This document shows, piece after piece, positions 10,302 through 20,608 of a stretch of 64,000 nucleotides of DNA. Under the pieces are notes generated by a model, which saw nothing but the letters and a program-made list of their open reading frames with translations, made no database searches and had not been told where the DNA came from. The DNA comes from an uncultured virus (IMG/VR IMGVR_UViG_3300033753_000202) (Duplodnaviria > Heunggongvirae > Uroviricota > Caudoviricetes). The position numbers were made by a program, and so were the translations under genes. The stretch lies in the IMG/VR virus record IMGVR_UViG_3300033753_000202, one strand, 5' to 3'. Positions within the stretch are counted from its first letter, which is position 1, and each line of letters opens with the position of its first letter.

Positions 10302-11609
10302 TTGGTAAAGCAAAAGCATACGAATCCAGAGAAAAAGTCCTCTCTTAAAAGGACTTTAGCTGTCGTACTTCCGGTTGTTCTTTTGGTAGTGATAGCAGGG
10401 GGTACTGCCCTTTTTCTTTACAAGGTATCAAAGGATTCCCCGGTTACGTTGAAGAATGGGTTATCGTATTATGATTACTACCTCAATTTCTCCATGATCA
10501 TTCCGGGGGATTGGCAAGTGGCAAACCCTGACTCGGAACTTATCAAGGAGATTGTACCGAAGCAAACGGGTGGACTCTTATATGATATTCGTCATCATCG
10601 TCTTGATCGTGAAGTGGTACCGATTACTTTGGTGCAACACCCTGACGATCCGAATATCGATAAAGAGACTAAATTGAGCGGCGCTCGTTTTATGACGATG
10701 GCGATTCGTCCTTCCGATACCAATCATTCGTATTTGAATGATATGATGGCGTTGGGGGATCAGTTAAAGCAAATGCTTGAATCGCTCAATTATAGCGATG
10801 TGACGATTGAGGAGATCATTGACACGCGCTATCAACCCGAGGGTTCTCTCTACGATGGAATGTATGGCGTGGTGGTTCACGCCAAAGCCCTAGTGGACGG
10901 GGTATGGGTCAATTATACGCAGTATTTTGAACCTGCTGGAGCTAATATTCTGGTCTTTACTTTTGGTTCGACTTATGGGCACGATCAGCAGGTCAAGGAT
11001 ATTAAGACACTTACGGAATACTTGGTCTTTCATGAAGGGGGTCAAGCGTGGACTCCGGCGGATCGCGAAGCCTTCCTTGCTGAAGGTTTCCCGGAAAAAC
11101 AGTCTTCTTTGACTCCGCTCGATCCAAATCAATCCGTGGTAATGACAGAGGACGAAAGCGGCGGGCATTGGCATGCGGATGGAACGTGGCATGAGACGGG
11201 TGACGATATTTCAGGAGGTCACTATCATGCAGATGGAACGTGGCATCCTGCTAGTGTGCATTCGGATGAAGAGGACACCAGTCAACTGGTCTTCCCACCA
11301 GAAACCAATCCGTCAACCCCGGCGTGGGAGTTGTTGACGGACACTGATGATATCGCAAATGCCACTATTGACGATGTTATTGGTACGGACACTTCCACCT
11401 CTGAATCATCGTCTGGGGGTCATTGGCATGAGGATGGAACGTGGCATCCTGCCGCTGAGCATTCGGACAATGAAGCCCCTCCGGGTGGACATTATCACGA
11501 GGATGGTTCTTGGCATCCTGATCCTGAACATTCTGATGATGAAGAGCCGTACTCGGGAGAGTATTCAAACTATCGGAAGCCGCAGGAGCAAGATCAAGCA
11601 CAAGACTGA
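10302..11609 (+). CDS. Membrane-anchored extracellular protein with four GGH(W/Y)HxDG(T/S)WH repeats
   Basis: N-terminal TM helix; acidic C-terminus carrying the His/Trp motif four times. Confidence 0.75.
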   Translation: MVKQKHTNPEKKSSLKRTLAVVLPVVLLVVIAGGTALFLYKVSKDSPVTLKNGLSYYDYYLNFSMIIPGDWQVANPDSELIKEIVPKQTGGLLYDIRHHRLDREVVPITLVQHPDDPNIDKETKLSGARFMTMAIRPSDTNHSYLNDMMALGDQLKQMLESLNYSDVTIEEIIDTRYQPEGSLYDGMYGVVVHAKALVDGVWVNYTQYFEPAGANILVFTFGSTYGHDQQVKDIKTLTEYLVFHEGGQAWTPADREAFLAEGFPEKQSSLTPLDPNQSVVMTEDESGGHWHADGTWHETGDDISGGHYHADGTWHPASVHSDEEDTSQLVFPPETNPSTPAWELLTDTDDIANATIDDVIGTDTSTSESSSGGHWHEDGTWHPAAEHSDNEAPPGGHYHEDGSWHPDPEHSDDEEPYSGEYSNYRKPQEQDQAQD

Positions 11610-11735
11610 GTCTTCTGGGTCAAGGGGTTTCTAAACTCCTTGATCCCTTTGTCTTTGTTTAGTAAATTTTGTGACTTATGAAAAGTTTAATACACTTCCT
11701 TTCCTTTCTTTATACTAATGCGAGGTGTTTCTAGC

Positions 11736-13163
11736 ATGAAATGGTTGAAAAATAGTAATTCTTCGCAGACTCAGGAGAAACCGGCTAATCAAGCTCCTAC
11801 AAAGCCTAAAGAGTCAACTATCATACAGTCGGAGTTTCAATCGCAACTAGCGGTTTCCTCGGATCAATCTGATGCTTCCAAAGTCTTTAAGCCCCGTTCT
11901 TTTGGTGAAGACACTTCTACTCCTGCGACTAAGCCAGCCACACCATCGAAACCTGTAAAGTCCTCTAAGATGTTTCGTCCCAAGTCGGCTACGGAGGTTC
12001 CGGTTGATGCGGAAACGCTTGTTGAGGTGGCGAAGGGAGCAGGGGTAGAGGTTAAGAAGAGTCGAACCAAGGAAAGGCTCATCTTTCTCATTGTAGCTGT
12101 GGTAACGGTTACGATTATCGGGGTAATGTTCATGATGAAGGATCGGGGTACGGGTCAGACGGTTAATCCGCCAACAGATACACTTCCTCCGATCTTGGAA
12201 GACCCGATGGATTTACCCACACCGTCACCAGATCCGTCTGGAGAGGAGTCGGAGGAGCCAGAGGAGCCGGAAAACCTCGAAGTTGATCCTGTAGCGTCCA
12301 TTCCGGGGTATTCGGTTTATTTCAATAACGTACTTGGGTTACGTTTGGAGTATCCGTCTTCTTTGTATGTAACGGATCTTTCAGAGCATTATTTGAATGC
12401 TCTGCGTACTTTGGTGGAGCCGAATTCATCTTACCATTTGGCATCTTTGGACTTGTCGGGGTTTGCTGAACCGATCCCGCTTACGGACTTCCATTATCGG
12501 GACGTAGCTGATTCGCGTTTCCGTCTTTCGTTGGTGTCGTCTATCCAAGCAAAACAGCCGCAGGGTTCCGAGTCTGAGGATGGAAAAATTCAGTCTCTCA
12601 CAACAGCGGAGTATAATGAGGCGTATCTCGATTATCTGTTCCAGCTGATTGACTATGAAACGGAACTTGAGCGTGTCATGTTAGAGAATGAGAAACGCTC
12701 GAAGAATCGTCAGCTCCCGCTCCCCGTGAAGCCGGAAAAGCCTGCTTCGCTTACTGATGCAGGTAAATCAAAGGATGTTGAGTCGCCCGAAGGAACCGAA
12801 AGCATGGAATCGTCTGATGCGCTGAGTATAGATTGGGGTATTGTGAGTGAGTTTAGTCCTTCAATGTCGGTATATCGGGACAAAGGTTTGCGGCAGGTTT
12901 CGTTGCAACTTGTGTCTTCGTTTGGTGCAAATAACTTACTCTTGACGTATACTTTTGAACCGGGCTTGGGGGTAGACTTGACAAACGATTTGCTTCAAGA
13001 CTTGCGAAATGTCTTACTGTCTGCCACATTTTATGATGTGACGCCTTCGGGGGCGAGCATTGTCATCCCTGCAGAAGAGGATTCGGGGGAAACGACGGAT
13101 AATGAGTCTGAAGGGGAGCTTCATGGAGATACTCACTCATTTGACGGGTTATCGGGTAGCTAA
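11736..13163 (+). CDS. Single-pass membrane protein with Pro/Glu-rich linker
   Basis: ORF, one TM helix, GAGGTG RBS. Confidence 0.7.
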   Translation: MKWLKNSNSSQTQEKPANQAPTKPKESTIIQSEFQSQLAVSSDQSDASKVFKPRSFGEDTSTPATKPATPSKPVKSSKMFRPKSATEVPVDAETLVEVAKGAGVEVKKSRTKERLIFLIVAVVTVTIIGVMFMMKDRGTGQTVNPPTDTLPPILEDPMDLPTPSPDPSGEESEEPEEPENLEVDPVASIPGYSVYFNNVLGLRLEYPSSLYVTDLSEHYLNALRTLVEPNSSYHLASLDLSGFAEPIPLTDFHYRDVADSRFRLSLVSSIQAKQPQGSESEDGKIQSLTTAEYNEAYLDYLFQLIDYETELERVMLENEKRSKNRQLPLPVKPEKPASLTDAGKSKDVESPEGTESMESSDALSIDWGIVSEFSPSMSVYRDKGLRQVSLQLVSSFGANNLLLTYTFEPGLGVDLTNDLLQDLRNVLLSATFYDVTPSGASIVIPAEEDSGETTDNESEGELHGDTHSFDGLSGS

Positions 13164-13195
13164 CTCTTTCATGGATAATGGGGTGATTTAGCATT

Positions 13196-13990
13196 ATGGA
13201 AATTTATCAAGGAAAGTCGTGGAAGTTTTGGACTTTGGTGATTGGTGTTCCTCTCATCCTCATCGTTGTTCTTATAATCTTGTTTAGCAACGGAGGGATC
13301 GGAGATAAGGATGCGTCTAGTTCACAAGACCCTTCGAATCTTGCTTCTACGCAACAAGGTGGTTCTTCAGGGCAACCGAATTGGGGTGTAACTCCACCTG
13401 AAGGGGAGGAAGGGACTACCGAGCCTTTTCCGGTATCGGACGGAAGTATGGTAATCAATCGGGCTTCTACTGCTTATGGTGGGAAGGTTCTCGCTTATGA
13501 GGAGTTTGGGAGCCGTTCTGAGATAAAGGTAGCGATAGGGGGTAGCGAGGAAAACGTTCGTTCCTTTACGCTTGATCTTCGTACTTTGATTTTTGATGCC
13601 GAAACCAATACCATCGTTGATCCGAATAAGCTCACGGAGGCGGCGAAATCTCGTCTTTTGGTAGTTGGTAGTGAGCATGAAGATCAGTATGTTGAGTTGA
13701 TTATCCTTAATGACAATCCTAAATTGTTGTTCTCCACCGTTTCTGAAGTCGAGCAGTCGGAAGATCGTATTGTTCTTAGGGACAGTGTTCGTTCTTTGGA
13801 GTATCAGGTTCCTGCGGGTCATGAGTTTCTTAACGCCCTTACGGGGGTACCTTATGATCCATCGAAGATTAAGGTTACGGATAAGCTCTTTGTTTACCCT
13901 CAAGAGGGGTATGACTTCTCTGTTGGAACCAGCGATTCCTTTGCGAAGGTTCCGGTAGACAAAATTTATGTCTACCCAAATACGCGTTAA
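13196..13990 (+). CDS. Membrane-anchored hypothetical protein
   Basis: N-terminal TM helix, Ser/Gly linker. Confidence 0.7.
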   Translation: MEIYQGKSWKFWTLVIGVPLILIVVLIILFSNGGIGDKDASSSQDPSNLASTQQGGSSGQPNWGVTPPEGEEGTTEPFPVSDGSMVINRASTAYGGKVLAYEEFGSRSEIKVAIGGSEENVRSFTLDLRTLIFDAETNTIVDPNKLTEAAKSRLLVVGSEHEDQYVELIILNDNPKLLFSTVSEVEQSEDRIVLRDSVRSLEYQVPAGHEFLNALTGVPYDPSKIKVTDKLFVYPQEGYDFSVGTSDSFAKVPVDKIYVYPNTR

Positions 13991-13995
13991 AGGAG

Positions 13996-14445
13996 TTGTT
14001 TGGTTTGCGTCGTCGTTTGGTGGTTTTGGAAAGTCCTTTTGCGGGTGAGGTGGAGAAAAACATCAAGTATGCCCGCGAAGCGGTTCGTGATAGTTTGTTG
14101 CGTGGAGAATCTCCAGTGGCATCCCATCTGCTGTACACGCAGGAAGGGATTTTGAATGACGATATCCCGGAGGAGCGGAAACTCGGGATTGATGCTGGGT
14201 TGGAGTGGTCTGCGGTTTCCGACGGCTCGGTAGTTTATATAGACCGAGGCATTTCTCGGGGTATGAACTATGGTATTATCCGTGCATTAAGTAACAAGAA
14301 ACCTGTGCATTTCCGTTCCCTTCAGGGGGAATTCATTACGATGGAACTGCTTGCTTCTTTGGGTTTGGGTGCTGATGTGCAACGTCTGCTTTCTCCCACA
14401 CCGGAGATTTCGCCGCTTGGGACTTTGTTCCCGAGAAAGGAATAA
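13996..14445 (+). CDS. Conserved phage-type protein, nucleoside 2-deoxyribosyltransferase-like fold
   Basis: ESPFAG...N..YAR..., P.ASHLLY.Q, G.S.GM motifs recalled from this family. Confidence 0.6.
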   Translation: MFGLRRRLVVLESPFAGEVEKNIKYAREAVRDSLLRGESPVASHLLYTQEGILNDDIPEERKLGIDAGLEWSAVSDGSVVYIDRGISRGMNYGIIRALSNKKPVHFRSLQGEFITMELLASLGLGADVQRLLSPTPEISPLGTLFPRKE

Positions 14446-14575
14446 TTTTTCACTTTTTGGGCACACTGATGATGAATCCGATATCATTTATGAAGTAAAT
14501 GAGTGAGGGTTATCATAAGTGTTGTCCTCTCTTTTGAGGGTGCATATTTTATTTTGTGAAGGGGTTTACAGGTAC

Positions 14576-14791
14576 ATGGCAAATGCAGGTAAAGTGAAAG
14601 GTACAGTCAAGTGGTTCAATGCAGAGAAGGGGTACGGCTTCATTCAAGTCGAAGACGGCGCGGACGTTTTCGTCCATTACAGCGCCATCGTTGGCAAGGG
14701 TTTCCGAACGTTGGAGCAAGGGCAGTCCGTCGAGTTCAACATTGTTGATGGGAAAAAGGGTAAGCAAGCGGCGGACGTCGTTAAATTGTAG
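14576..14791 (+). CDS. csp: Cold-shock protein (CspA family)
   Basis: [32 protein letters not shown]-like segment. Confidence 0.95.
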   Translation: MANAGKVKGTVKWFNAEKGYGFIQVEDGADVFVHYSAIVGKGFRTLEQGQSVEFNIVDGKKGKQAADVVKL

Positions 14792-15129
14792 TCCATTTTT
14801 TCGCCATTTCGGGGTTCCCTTTGACGGAACCCCTTTTCGTTTTGTTAGCTTTCTTCTCTTTACGTATGCTTCCGCATTCCCGCAACTTTAATCTCTCCTA
14901 CGATCCCTGCCTATGGTAACGTCACGGGCGGGTATTCTTTTGTCCTTCTTTTCCAATGACTTCAAACATAGTATATAGGACTGTAAACATGCTTGTCCAG
15001 ACTTCGGACATGTATATGCTCGATAGGAACAAAATATACCTCGAACGCAAAAATATTTTTGCATACTTGACCTTCGTTTGATCTTTTTCAAGGCACATTT
15101 TATACTTTTCTTAGATCAGATGGAGGTGA

Positions 15130-15387
15130 GTGCGTATGAACCAAGCGCTGGTAGGCTTATTAGCGATTTATGGGCGCGTGGGGGTAAGCGATATTAAACC
15201 TGACACCACGTTAGCATCGCTAGGTTTGAAGCCCGGTGCGGGGGATTTGAGTGAGCTTCTCATTAAAGAGCTTCTTTCGGACATTGAGATCTTCGGGAAT
15301 GTGAAGATCGAATTGTCTGCCTATCTGTCTTTCGATACAGTTGCTGACCTTAATGCGCATTATGAGAAACTACTGTCTACACCTTGA
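15130..15387 (+). CDS. Acyl-carrier-protein-like small protein lacking the DSL motif
   Basis: I.PDTTL.SLGL ... IE.F..V.I ... TVADL pattern; GGAGGTG RBS. Confidence 0.45.
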   Translation: MRMNQALVGLLAIYGRVGVSDIKPDTTLASLGLKPGAGDLSELLIKELLSDIEIFGNVKIELSAYLSFDTVADLNAHYEKLLSTP

Positions 15388-15803
15388 GTCTGGAACTGTA
15401 CTTTTTGGAGGAGAATAACGTTGTTTCTTAAGAGCGTATCTAGCACCTACGCTTTCATGGCGTAGGTGTTTTCTTTTAAGTTGAAGTATATTGAGGGGTA
15501 GCCGTATGACTTCTAACAAACTTTTGGAGTTATTTCACAGTTCACACTGTGGTATGTCTCCATCAGACGTAGTAGCTAGAGATTTAACACAAACAAGTCC
15601 GTTGCAAAAGCTGTCTGAATCGGACTTGCGCTTGCTTTGTGAAGCATACGGTTTTGCGGTACCTTCTTTTGCCCCTCAAGCAACGCATTATTTGTACTAC
15701 GCTTGGCACCCCTGTCGGGGTATCGGACGCCTTTTATGTTGGGTGAGTCTGGGTCTTTGACTTATGCGGTGCATCGTCCTAATGGTTTGGTTTTGCGTGC
15801 TTT

Positions 15804-16502
15804 TTGGTCGGAAACGGTCATCTTGGTATTGGTTCCTGCGACCTGATGGTATACAGAGTAATGGGAAAACGTTGGGGGTGGATTTCGTTGGATAACTCGA
15901 ACTTGATGGTTGAAAGTCTCTTTTCTACAGAGCGCCCGGTATTTGAGGTGCGTCCAGTCTTTCGTTGGAAGTTGAGTCTGTTGATTTCTTGCTTTCTTGC
16001 GGGCTTTGCAACGCCATTCATTCTTGGAGGGTTGGGTTTTCTTTTTACCGCCCTCATCCTTGTGGTGGTTATCACCACGTTGGACTTCGGAAAGTTCGAC
16101 GAGTATTTTGGGTATCTGGAGGGCAAGAATATCGAATCAGAGCAACTTGCTCAGCTCTTTATGACGGTGACATCGTTATTTCCAGTCGTGATCTTCTGCG
16201 TTGTTGCTCGTTTGATTTATCGGCATCTTAAGCGAATGAATGAGCGCACGGTTTATCGGTTTTATCGAGACCGGGTAGAGTATGTAGAGGGGTTTCGTCG
16301 TCTTAACTTTAAGTCCATTTCGTACAAGGACATTTTGGGGGTAGAGTTTTCGCAGTCTAATGCTCAAGCGAATCTTGGTCTGGGGGATATTACGTTAACG
16401 ACAGCGGATCGTTATCATCGTCTGCTTATCTCGAATATAGAGTATGCTCCAGACATCGTTCGCTTTATTCAAGAAGCGAAACGTAATGACACACAGAGGT
16501 GA
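15804..16502 (+). CDS. Membrane protein with C-terminal bacterial PH domain (start uncertain)
   Basis: Two TM segments, then YRFY.DRV...G, I.Y.DI..V..SQ, LGLGDI.L. Confidence 0.65.
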   Translation: MVGNGHLGIGSCDLMVYRVMGKRWGWISLDNSNLMVESLFSTERPVFEVRPVFRWKLSLLISCFLAGFATPFILGGLGFLFTALILVVVITTLDFGKFDEYFGYLEGKNIESEQLAQLFMTVTSLFPVVIFCVVARLIYRHLKRMNERTVYRFYRDRVEYVEGFRRLNFKSISYKDILGVEFSQSNAQANLGLGDITLTTADRYHRLLISNIEYAPDIVRFIQEAKRNDTQR

Positions 16503-16599
16503 TCTTTTGTTTATGAAAAAGCCGGGTTTATTTAAGTATATGATAAGCCGCTGGCAGTTTTGGGTGTTCAACGTCATTTTAGGAATGGGGTAAACAACG

Positions 16600-16941
16600 A
16601 TGATTAAGACCACTTATTTTGCACACGCGAAGAAACTTGATCCTTCGCTCAATCTTGTTTCTATCGCTCGATATACGCCGCCGGGCTTTCCGGGACGTCT
16701 TTATCATAAACTTGCTCCTTCTCCGGCACTTTTGTCGTATGTGAAGTCGACGAACGACACAGAGGGGTATATTCGTGAGTTTGCTCAACAGCTTAACCGA
16801 CTTGACCCGCATCAAGTGGTGCAGGAGTTGGGCGAAAATCCTATCTTGGTTTGTTATGAAGCACCGGGCAAGTTTTGTCACCGCCATCTGGTTGCGGACT
16901 GGCTCCGTCAAGCGGGATATACTGTAGTGGAGCTGAACTAA
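16600..16941 (+). CDS. DUF488-like protein
   Basis: SIAR..P, LAPS..LL, LVCYE....FCHRHLVA.WL. Confidence 0.75.
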   Translation: MIKTTYFAHAKKLDPSLNLVSIARYTPPGFPGRLYHKLAPSPALLSYVKSTNDTEGYIREFAQQLNRLDPHQVVQELGENPILVCYEAPGKFCHRHLVADWLRQAGYTVVELN

Positions 16942-16968
16942 GAATTCGCTCCCCGAGGAGGGGTAATC

Positions 16969-17301
16969 TTGCACGGTTTTGAAGAACTCGGTCGCTTTTC
17001 TCTGGATGATGTTCAGCGTCGACGTATGTTTGAGTCTTTTGTTGTCTGTCGGGATCATCGGAATCGACTCTGCATTGTTGGTTCGAGGTCACGTTATTTT
17101 GTTAACTATTCCCTTCTTCGGGTGCAGGGTGAGATTCGGAAGAAGAGGCATGTCAGTAAGGCGATTATTCACGCACATACTCGCGGACGTACGATACCAA
17201 ATCAACAGGATATGTACGAATCGCAAGTGGTATTCTTTCAAGTCCTCAATGATGTTGAGTTGAGTCTGAATCAGTCCGTTGTGGTGTATCTTTATCATTA
17301 A
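16969..17301 (+). CDS. Hypothetical protein
   Basis: ORF with GAGGAGG RBS. Confidence 0.55.
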   Translation: MHGFEELGRFSLDDVQRRRMFESFVVCRDHRNRLCIVGSRSRYFVNYSLLRVQGEIRKKRHVSKAIIHAHTRGRTIPNQQDMYESQVVFFQVLNDVELSLNQSVVVYLYH

Positions 17302-17423
17302 CAGCGTGAGGGGTACTGAAAGTATCGACGGTTTGTCGGTACTTTTCTTTTTGTGAATAGGAAAAGTAATCTAAGTCTATTATCTGTAGGCTCTTATACT
17401 CTTTGTTTTGAGGGGAATTTTGT

Positions 17424-18272
17424 ATGAAAAAAGTTGTTAAGCATACGTTTCGCATTTTCATTCTTTTGTTCGCATCGGTGTTGTTTTCTAGTGGAGTAAA
17501 CCTCTTTTTACAACCACACAAATTGTTGAATGGTGGTGTATCCGGTATTTCAATGATCATCGGGCATTTAACCAACCATGATGCGTATATCTACTACTTT
17601 GCGCTGAACGTACCAATCCTCATCTTGGGTTTCTTTATGCTTGGTGGACGTTTCATCGCTTACAGCATTATATCGGTTATCGCTACAACCCTGTCTATGA
17701 AAGTCATACCTATTCTTCCTGTCGCTGATGATCCGCTCCTGTCGGCGGTTTACGCGGGGGTATTGTTGGGAGCCGGAGTCGGACTTTCGCTTAAGGTTGG
17801 TGGTTCCACTGGTGGTTTGGAGGTGTTGGCGGCGATTGTTTCTCATTATCGGGATGTTTCGGTTGGGTTGATTACGACTTGCGTTAACGTCTTCATTGTT
17901 CTTGGTTTTGCATTCATTCAAAATGATTGGAACACGGGTTTGTACTCGGCAGTTTGTATTTACGTCACGGGTCGTGTCGCCAATGTTATTTACACCGAGA
18001 ATGAGAAGGTCACCATGTACATCGTCTCCGATAAGTCTGCCGAGCTTGTAGAAGCCTTACAGAAAGCCCACCAGCGGGGTGTTACGCTTATTCCTACGGA
18101 AGGGGCGTTTACTGGAGCCAAGCGGGATATGATCATGACGGTCACCACGCGTTATGAGCTTTCGATGTTAAAGGAACTCGTGCAACAGGTTGACCCTGCC
18201 GCTTTTGTGAACGTTACAGAAACTTTTGAAGTTATGGGTAATTTTGTACGATTGAAGGCTAAGTCTAAGTAG
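17424..18272 (+). CDS. YitT-family membrane protein
   Basis: GGVSGI, NVPI, GGSTGG, RGVT, DP.AF motifs. Confidence 0.9.
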   Translation: MKKVVKHTFRIFILLFASVLFSSGVNLFLQPHKLLNGGVSGISMIIGHLTNHDAYIYYFALNVPILILGFFMLGGRFIAYSIISVIATTLSMKVIPILPVADDPLLSAVYAGVLLGAGVGLSLKVGGSTGGLEVLAAIVSHYRDVSVGLITTCVNVFIVLGFAFIQNDWNTGLYSAVCIYVTGRVANVIYTENEKVTMYIVSDKSAELVEALQKAHQRGVTLIPTEGAFTGAKRDMIMTVTTRYELSMLKELVQQVDPAAFVNVTETFEVMGNFVRLKAKSK

Positions 18273-18333
18273 TTGACTTATCCACAGGTTGTGAGTAGTA
18301 AGTGGATAAATTGAAACTGCAAAGGGGTGTCAG

Positions 18334-19149
18334 TTGATGGCGCGTACAGCGTTTAAGTGGATAGCCCTTCTGACGGTTCCCGCCGCCCTCTGGGGGTACT
18401 TGATTTATTGTTTTGTTGGGTGGTCGGAGTTCGATTTGCTTTCGGAGTATAAGAAAAGGCATAAAAGCGCCTATGGGATCGATATTGAAATTGTGGAGCC
18501 TTATTATTCCAAGGAGTATTATTTCGGTCTTGTACCGGAGGGGGCTTTGGTTTATTCTCCGAGTGATGATGTTTACTTCCGTGTCGGAGCTGAGGGTCGT
18601 TTTGGGAGGGAGCATAGCACTTATGTGTCTGAAAAGTTGGGTAAGGACTTTTATTCTCGGTATGTAAAGAAGTATTTGGACGAGACTTATGGAGAGGGTA
18701 ACTATTTCGCGTGGGTACACGTTTACGATGATCAGTTCGATACGGGAGAGTTCGTTTCTGCCGAGGGTTTGGCTTCTTATGATTTTGATTCTAGAGAGGA
18801 CATGAGTGTAGTAATCAATATTGTGATCCGCGATGCGAATCCGAATGCCTATCTCGAAGCCGAGCGGCTTTACCCATTGACAACATTGGGCGTAACTTCG
18901 CTCCAGCTGGATGTGGGGTATTTTGAGGAGTTTCCGTCAAAGGACGAGTTGATCAAATACTTTGCCTTGTATAGTCGAGTCGGAAAGATATATGCGAATT
19001 ACTTCGCACCTAGCTTAACAGGTAGTCTGCTCTATTACAGCGACTTTCATGATGATGAGGACACGACTGAAATTCTCGCGGATTTGGTAAATAGTTTGAT
19101 TACTGACAAGTCTAAGCATATGAAGTGGTATATTGGGACTATGGAGTAA
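18334..19149 (+). CDS. Membrane-anchored hypothetical protein
   Basis: ORF with N-terminal TM helix. Confidence 0.65.
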   Translation: MMARTAFKWIALLTVPAALWGYLIYCFVGWSEFDLLSEYKKRHKSAYGIDIEIVEPYYSKEYYFGLVPEGALVYSPSDDVYFRVGAEGRFGREHSTYVSEKLGKDFYSRYVKKYLDETYGEGNYFAWVHVYDDQFDTGEFVSAEGLASYDFDSREDMSVVINIVIRDANPNAYLEAERLYPLTTLGVTSLQLDVGYFEEFPSKDELIKYFALYSRVGKIYANYFAPSLTGSLLYYSDFHDDEDTTEILADLVNSLITDKSKHMKWYIGTME

Positions 19150-19265
19150 CTGTTAATTGGGACAACTTGTTTTTATTTAATACTTCCGATCCTTTTCGGA
19201 GAAAACACCAGACAAAAATTGTAGGAGTAGTTATTCTTATTTGATACTATTTTTAGGAGGCGATC

Positions 19266-19958
19266 TTGTTGAGCATCTTCAAACGTTTGAAATCTCTCAC
19301 CCTCTCCAACATCAATGCGCTGATCGACAAGGCGGAAGATCCGGTTAAAATGACGGATCAGTATTTGCGTGACATGGCAGAGGACATCCGCGATATCGAA
19401 GGCGCGGTCGCCAAGCAAATCGCCATCGCCAATCGCTTCGAACAGCAACTGAAAGAAGCCGAGCAGATGGTGCAACGCCGCGACGAACAGGCTTTGCAAG
19501 CGATGGAGCAGGGTAAGGAGGATCTGGCTCGTCGCGCTCTGCAAGATAAGCGTGAGCATCAATCCAAAGTGGACGCACTGAAGCCGCAGTATGAAACGGC
19601 TCGGGCGGCGGCTGACAAGCTGAAGGCGCAACTGCAGGAAATGAAAGATCAGTACAATTCGCTGAGAAGCAAGCGTGATATGCTGGTTGCCCGCGCCGAA
19701 GCCGCTAAAGCCCAGAAATCCATCAACGACAGTATGTCCTCCTTCAACGTGGATGGTACCAAGGCGGGCATCGACCGCATGATGGACAAGGTCGCTCGTA
19801 TGGAGGCGGAAGCGCAAGCGGGGATGGAGCTTCGCGGTGATACCAAAGATCTGGACGCTGAGCTTGCGGAACTCAACAAGGATAGCGGCATTGACGATGA
19901 ACTCGAAGCCCTTCGCGCACGGGTTGCCGCGAAGAAGAGTGGGCAACCGCAAGCCTAA
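19266..19958 (+). CDS. pspA: PspA/IM30 family protein
   Basis: DKAEDP.KM..Q, G.EDLAR.AL, coiled coil, IDDEL..L. Confidence 0.92.
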   Translation: MLSIFKRLKSLTLSNINALIDKAEDPVKMTDQYLRDMAEDIRDIEGAVAKQIAIANRFEQQLKEAEQMVQRRDEQALQAMEQGKEDLARRALQDKREHQSKVDALKPQYETARAAADKLKAQLQEMKDQYNSLRSKRDMLVARAEAAKAQKSINDSMSSFNVDGTKAGIDRMMDKVARMEAEAQAGMELRGDTKDLDAELAELNKDSGIDDELEALRARVAAKKSGQPQA

Positions 19959-20031
19959 TCCGTCTCACGGCAGAAGGGTTGTACTTTTCGGTACAGCCCT
20001 TCTTTTATGTCCTTGAAAGGAGGCTTCCGCA

Positions 20032-20580
20032 GTGGGGGTATTTTCTCGCTTGAAAAATTTGTGGCGTTCGCGTAAAGCGGAACCGGGGGTACCGAGTATC
20101 GATTCGTCGCAAGAAGACGTGGTTCCCGGTGACATTATTGATCTTGATCTTACGCATTGGACGGTCATCGGGACGGTGGCTTACTTTGATCCCGGTCATA
20201 CCCCGCATCGCTTTGCGTATTATTTGCAGTCTGGTTCGGAGCAAGCGTGTTTGATTCTTGAGCGGGGGCGTTCATTGGAAGCCTTGTTTGCTCGATTTGT
20301 TGAAGGTTCCTTGGACAATCCGCAAAAAGTACCGACGCAACTTAACGTTAGCGGGGTTCCGTATCGGTTGGAGTGGTATCGCAAGGATCAGGTGGTTACG
20401 AAGGGCAGTACCGATTTCCGCTCCCATGACCGGGTGATTTACTGGCGGTATCTCGGGGGTACGGACAAGGATAGCTATTTCATTCTGCAGTGGCAGGATG
20501 GGAAGTTTGTGGCGCTTGAAGCAGAACGGCTCCCCTCAGCGGCGTTTAAGATCATGAAGGTGGGTTCGCCGCAAGCATAA
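20032..20580 (+). CDS. DUF4178-like protein (PspA operon partner)
   Basis: Follows pspA; PGDI...W.V.G...Y pattern; context typical of Bacillales pspA operons. Confidence 0.6.
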   Translation: MGVFSRLKNLWRSRKAEPGVPSIDSSQEDVVPGDIIDLDLTHWTVIGTVAYFDPGHTPHRFAYYLQSGSEQACLILERGRSLEALFARFVEGSLDNPQKVPTQLNVSGVPYRLEWYRKDQVVTKGSTDFRSHDRVIYWRYLGGTDKDSYFILQWQDGKFVALEAERLPSAAFKIMKVGSPQA

Positions 20581-20608
20581 GCGTAAATTTGAATTTGCAG
20601 GTGATGGT

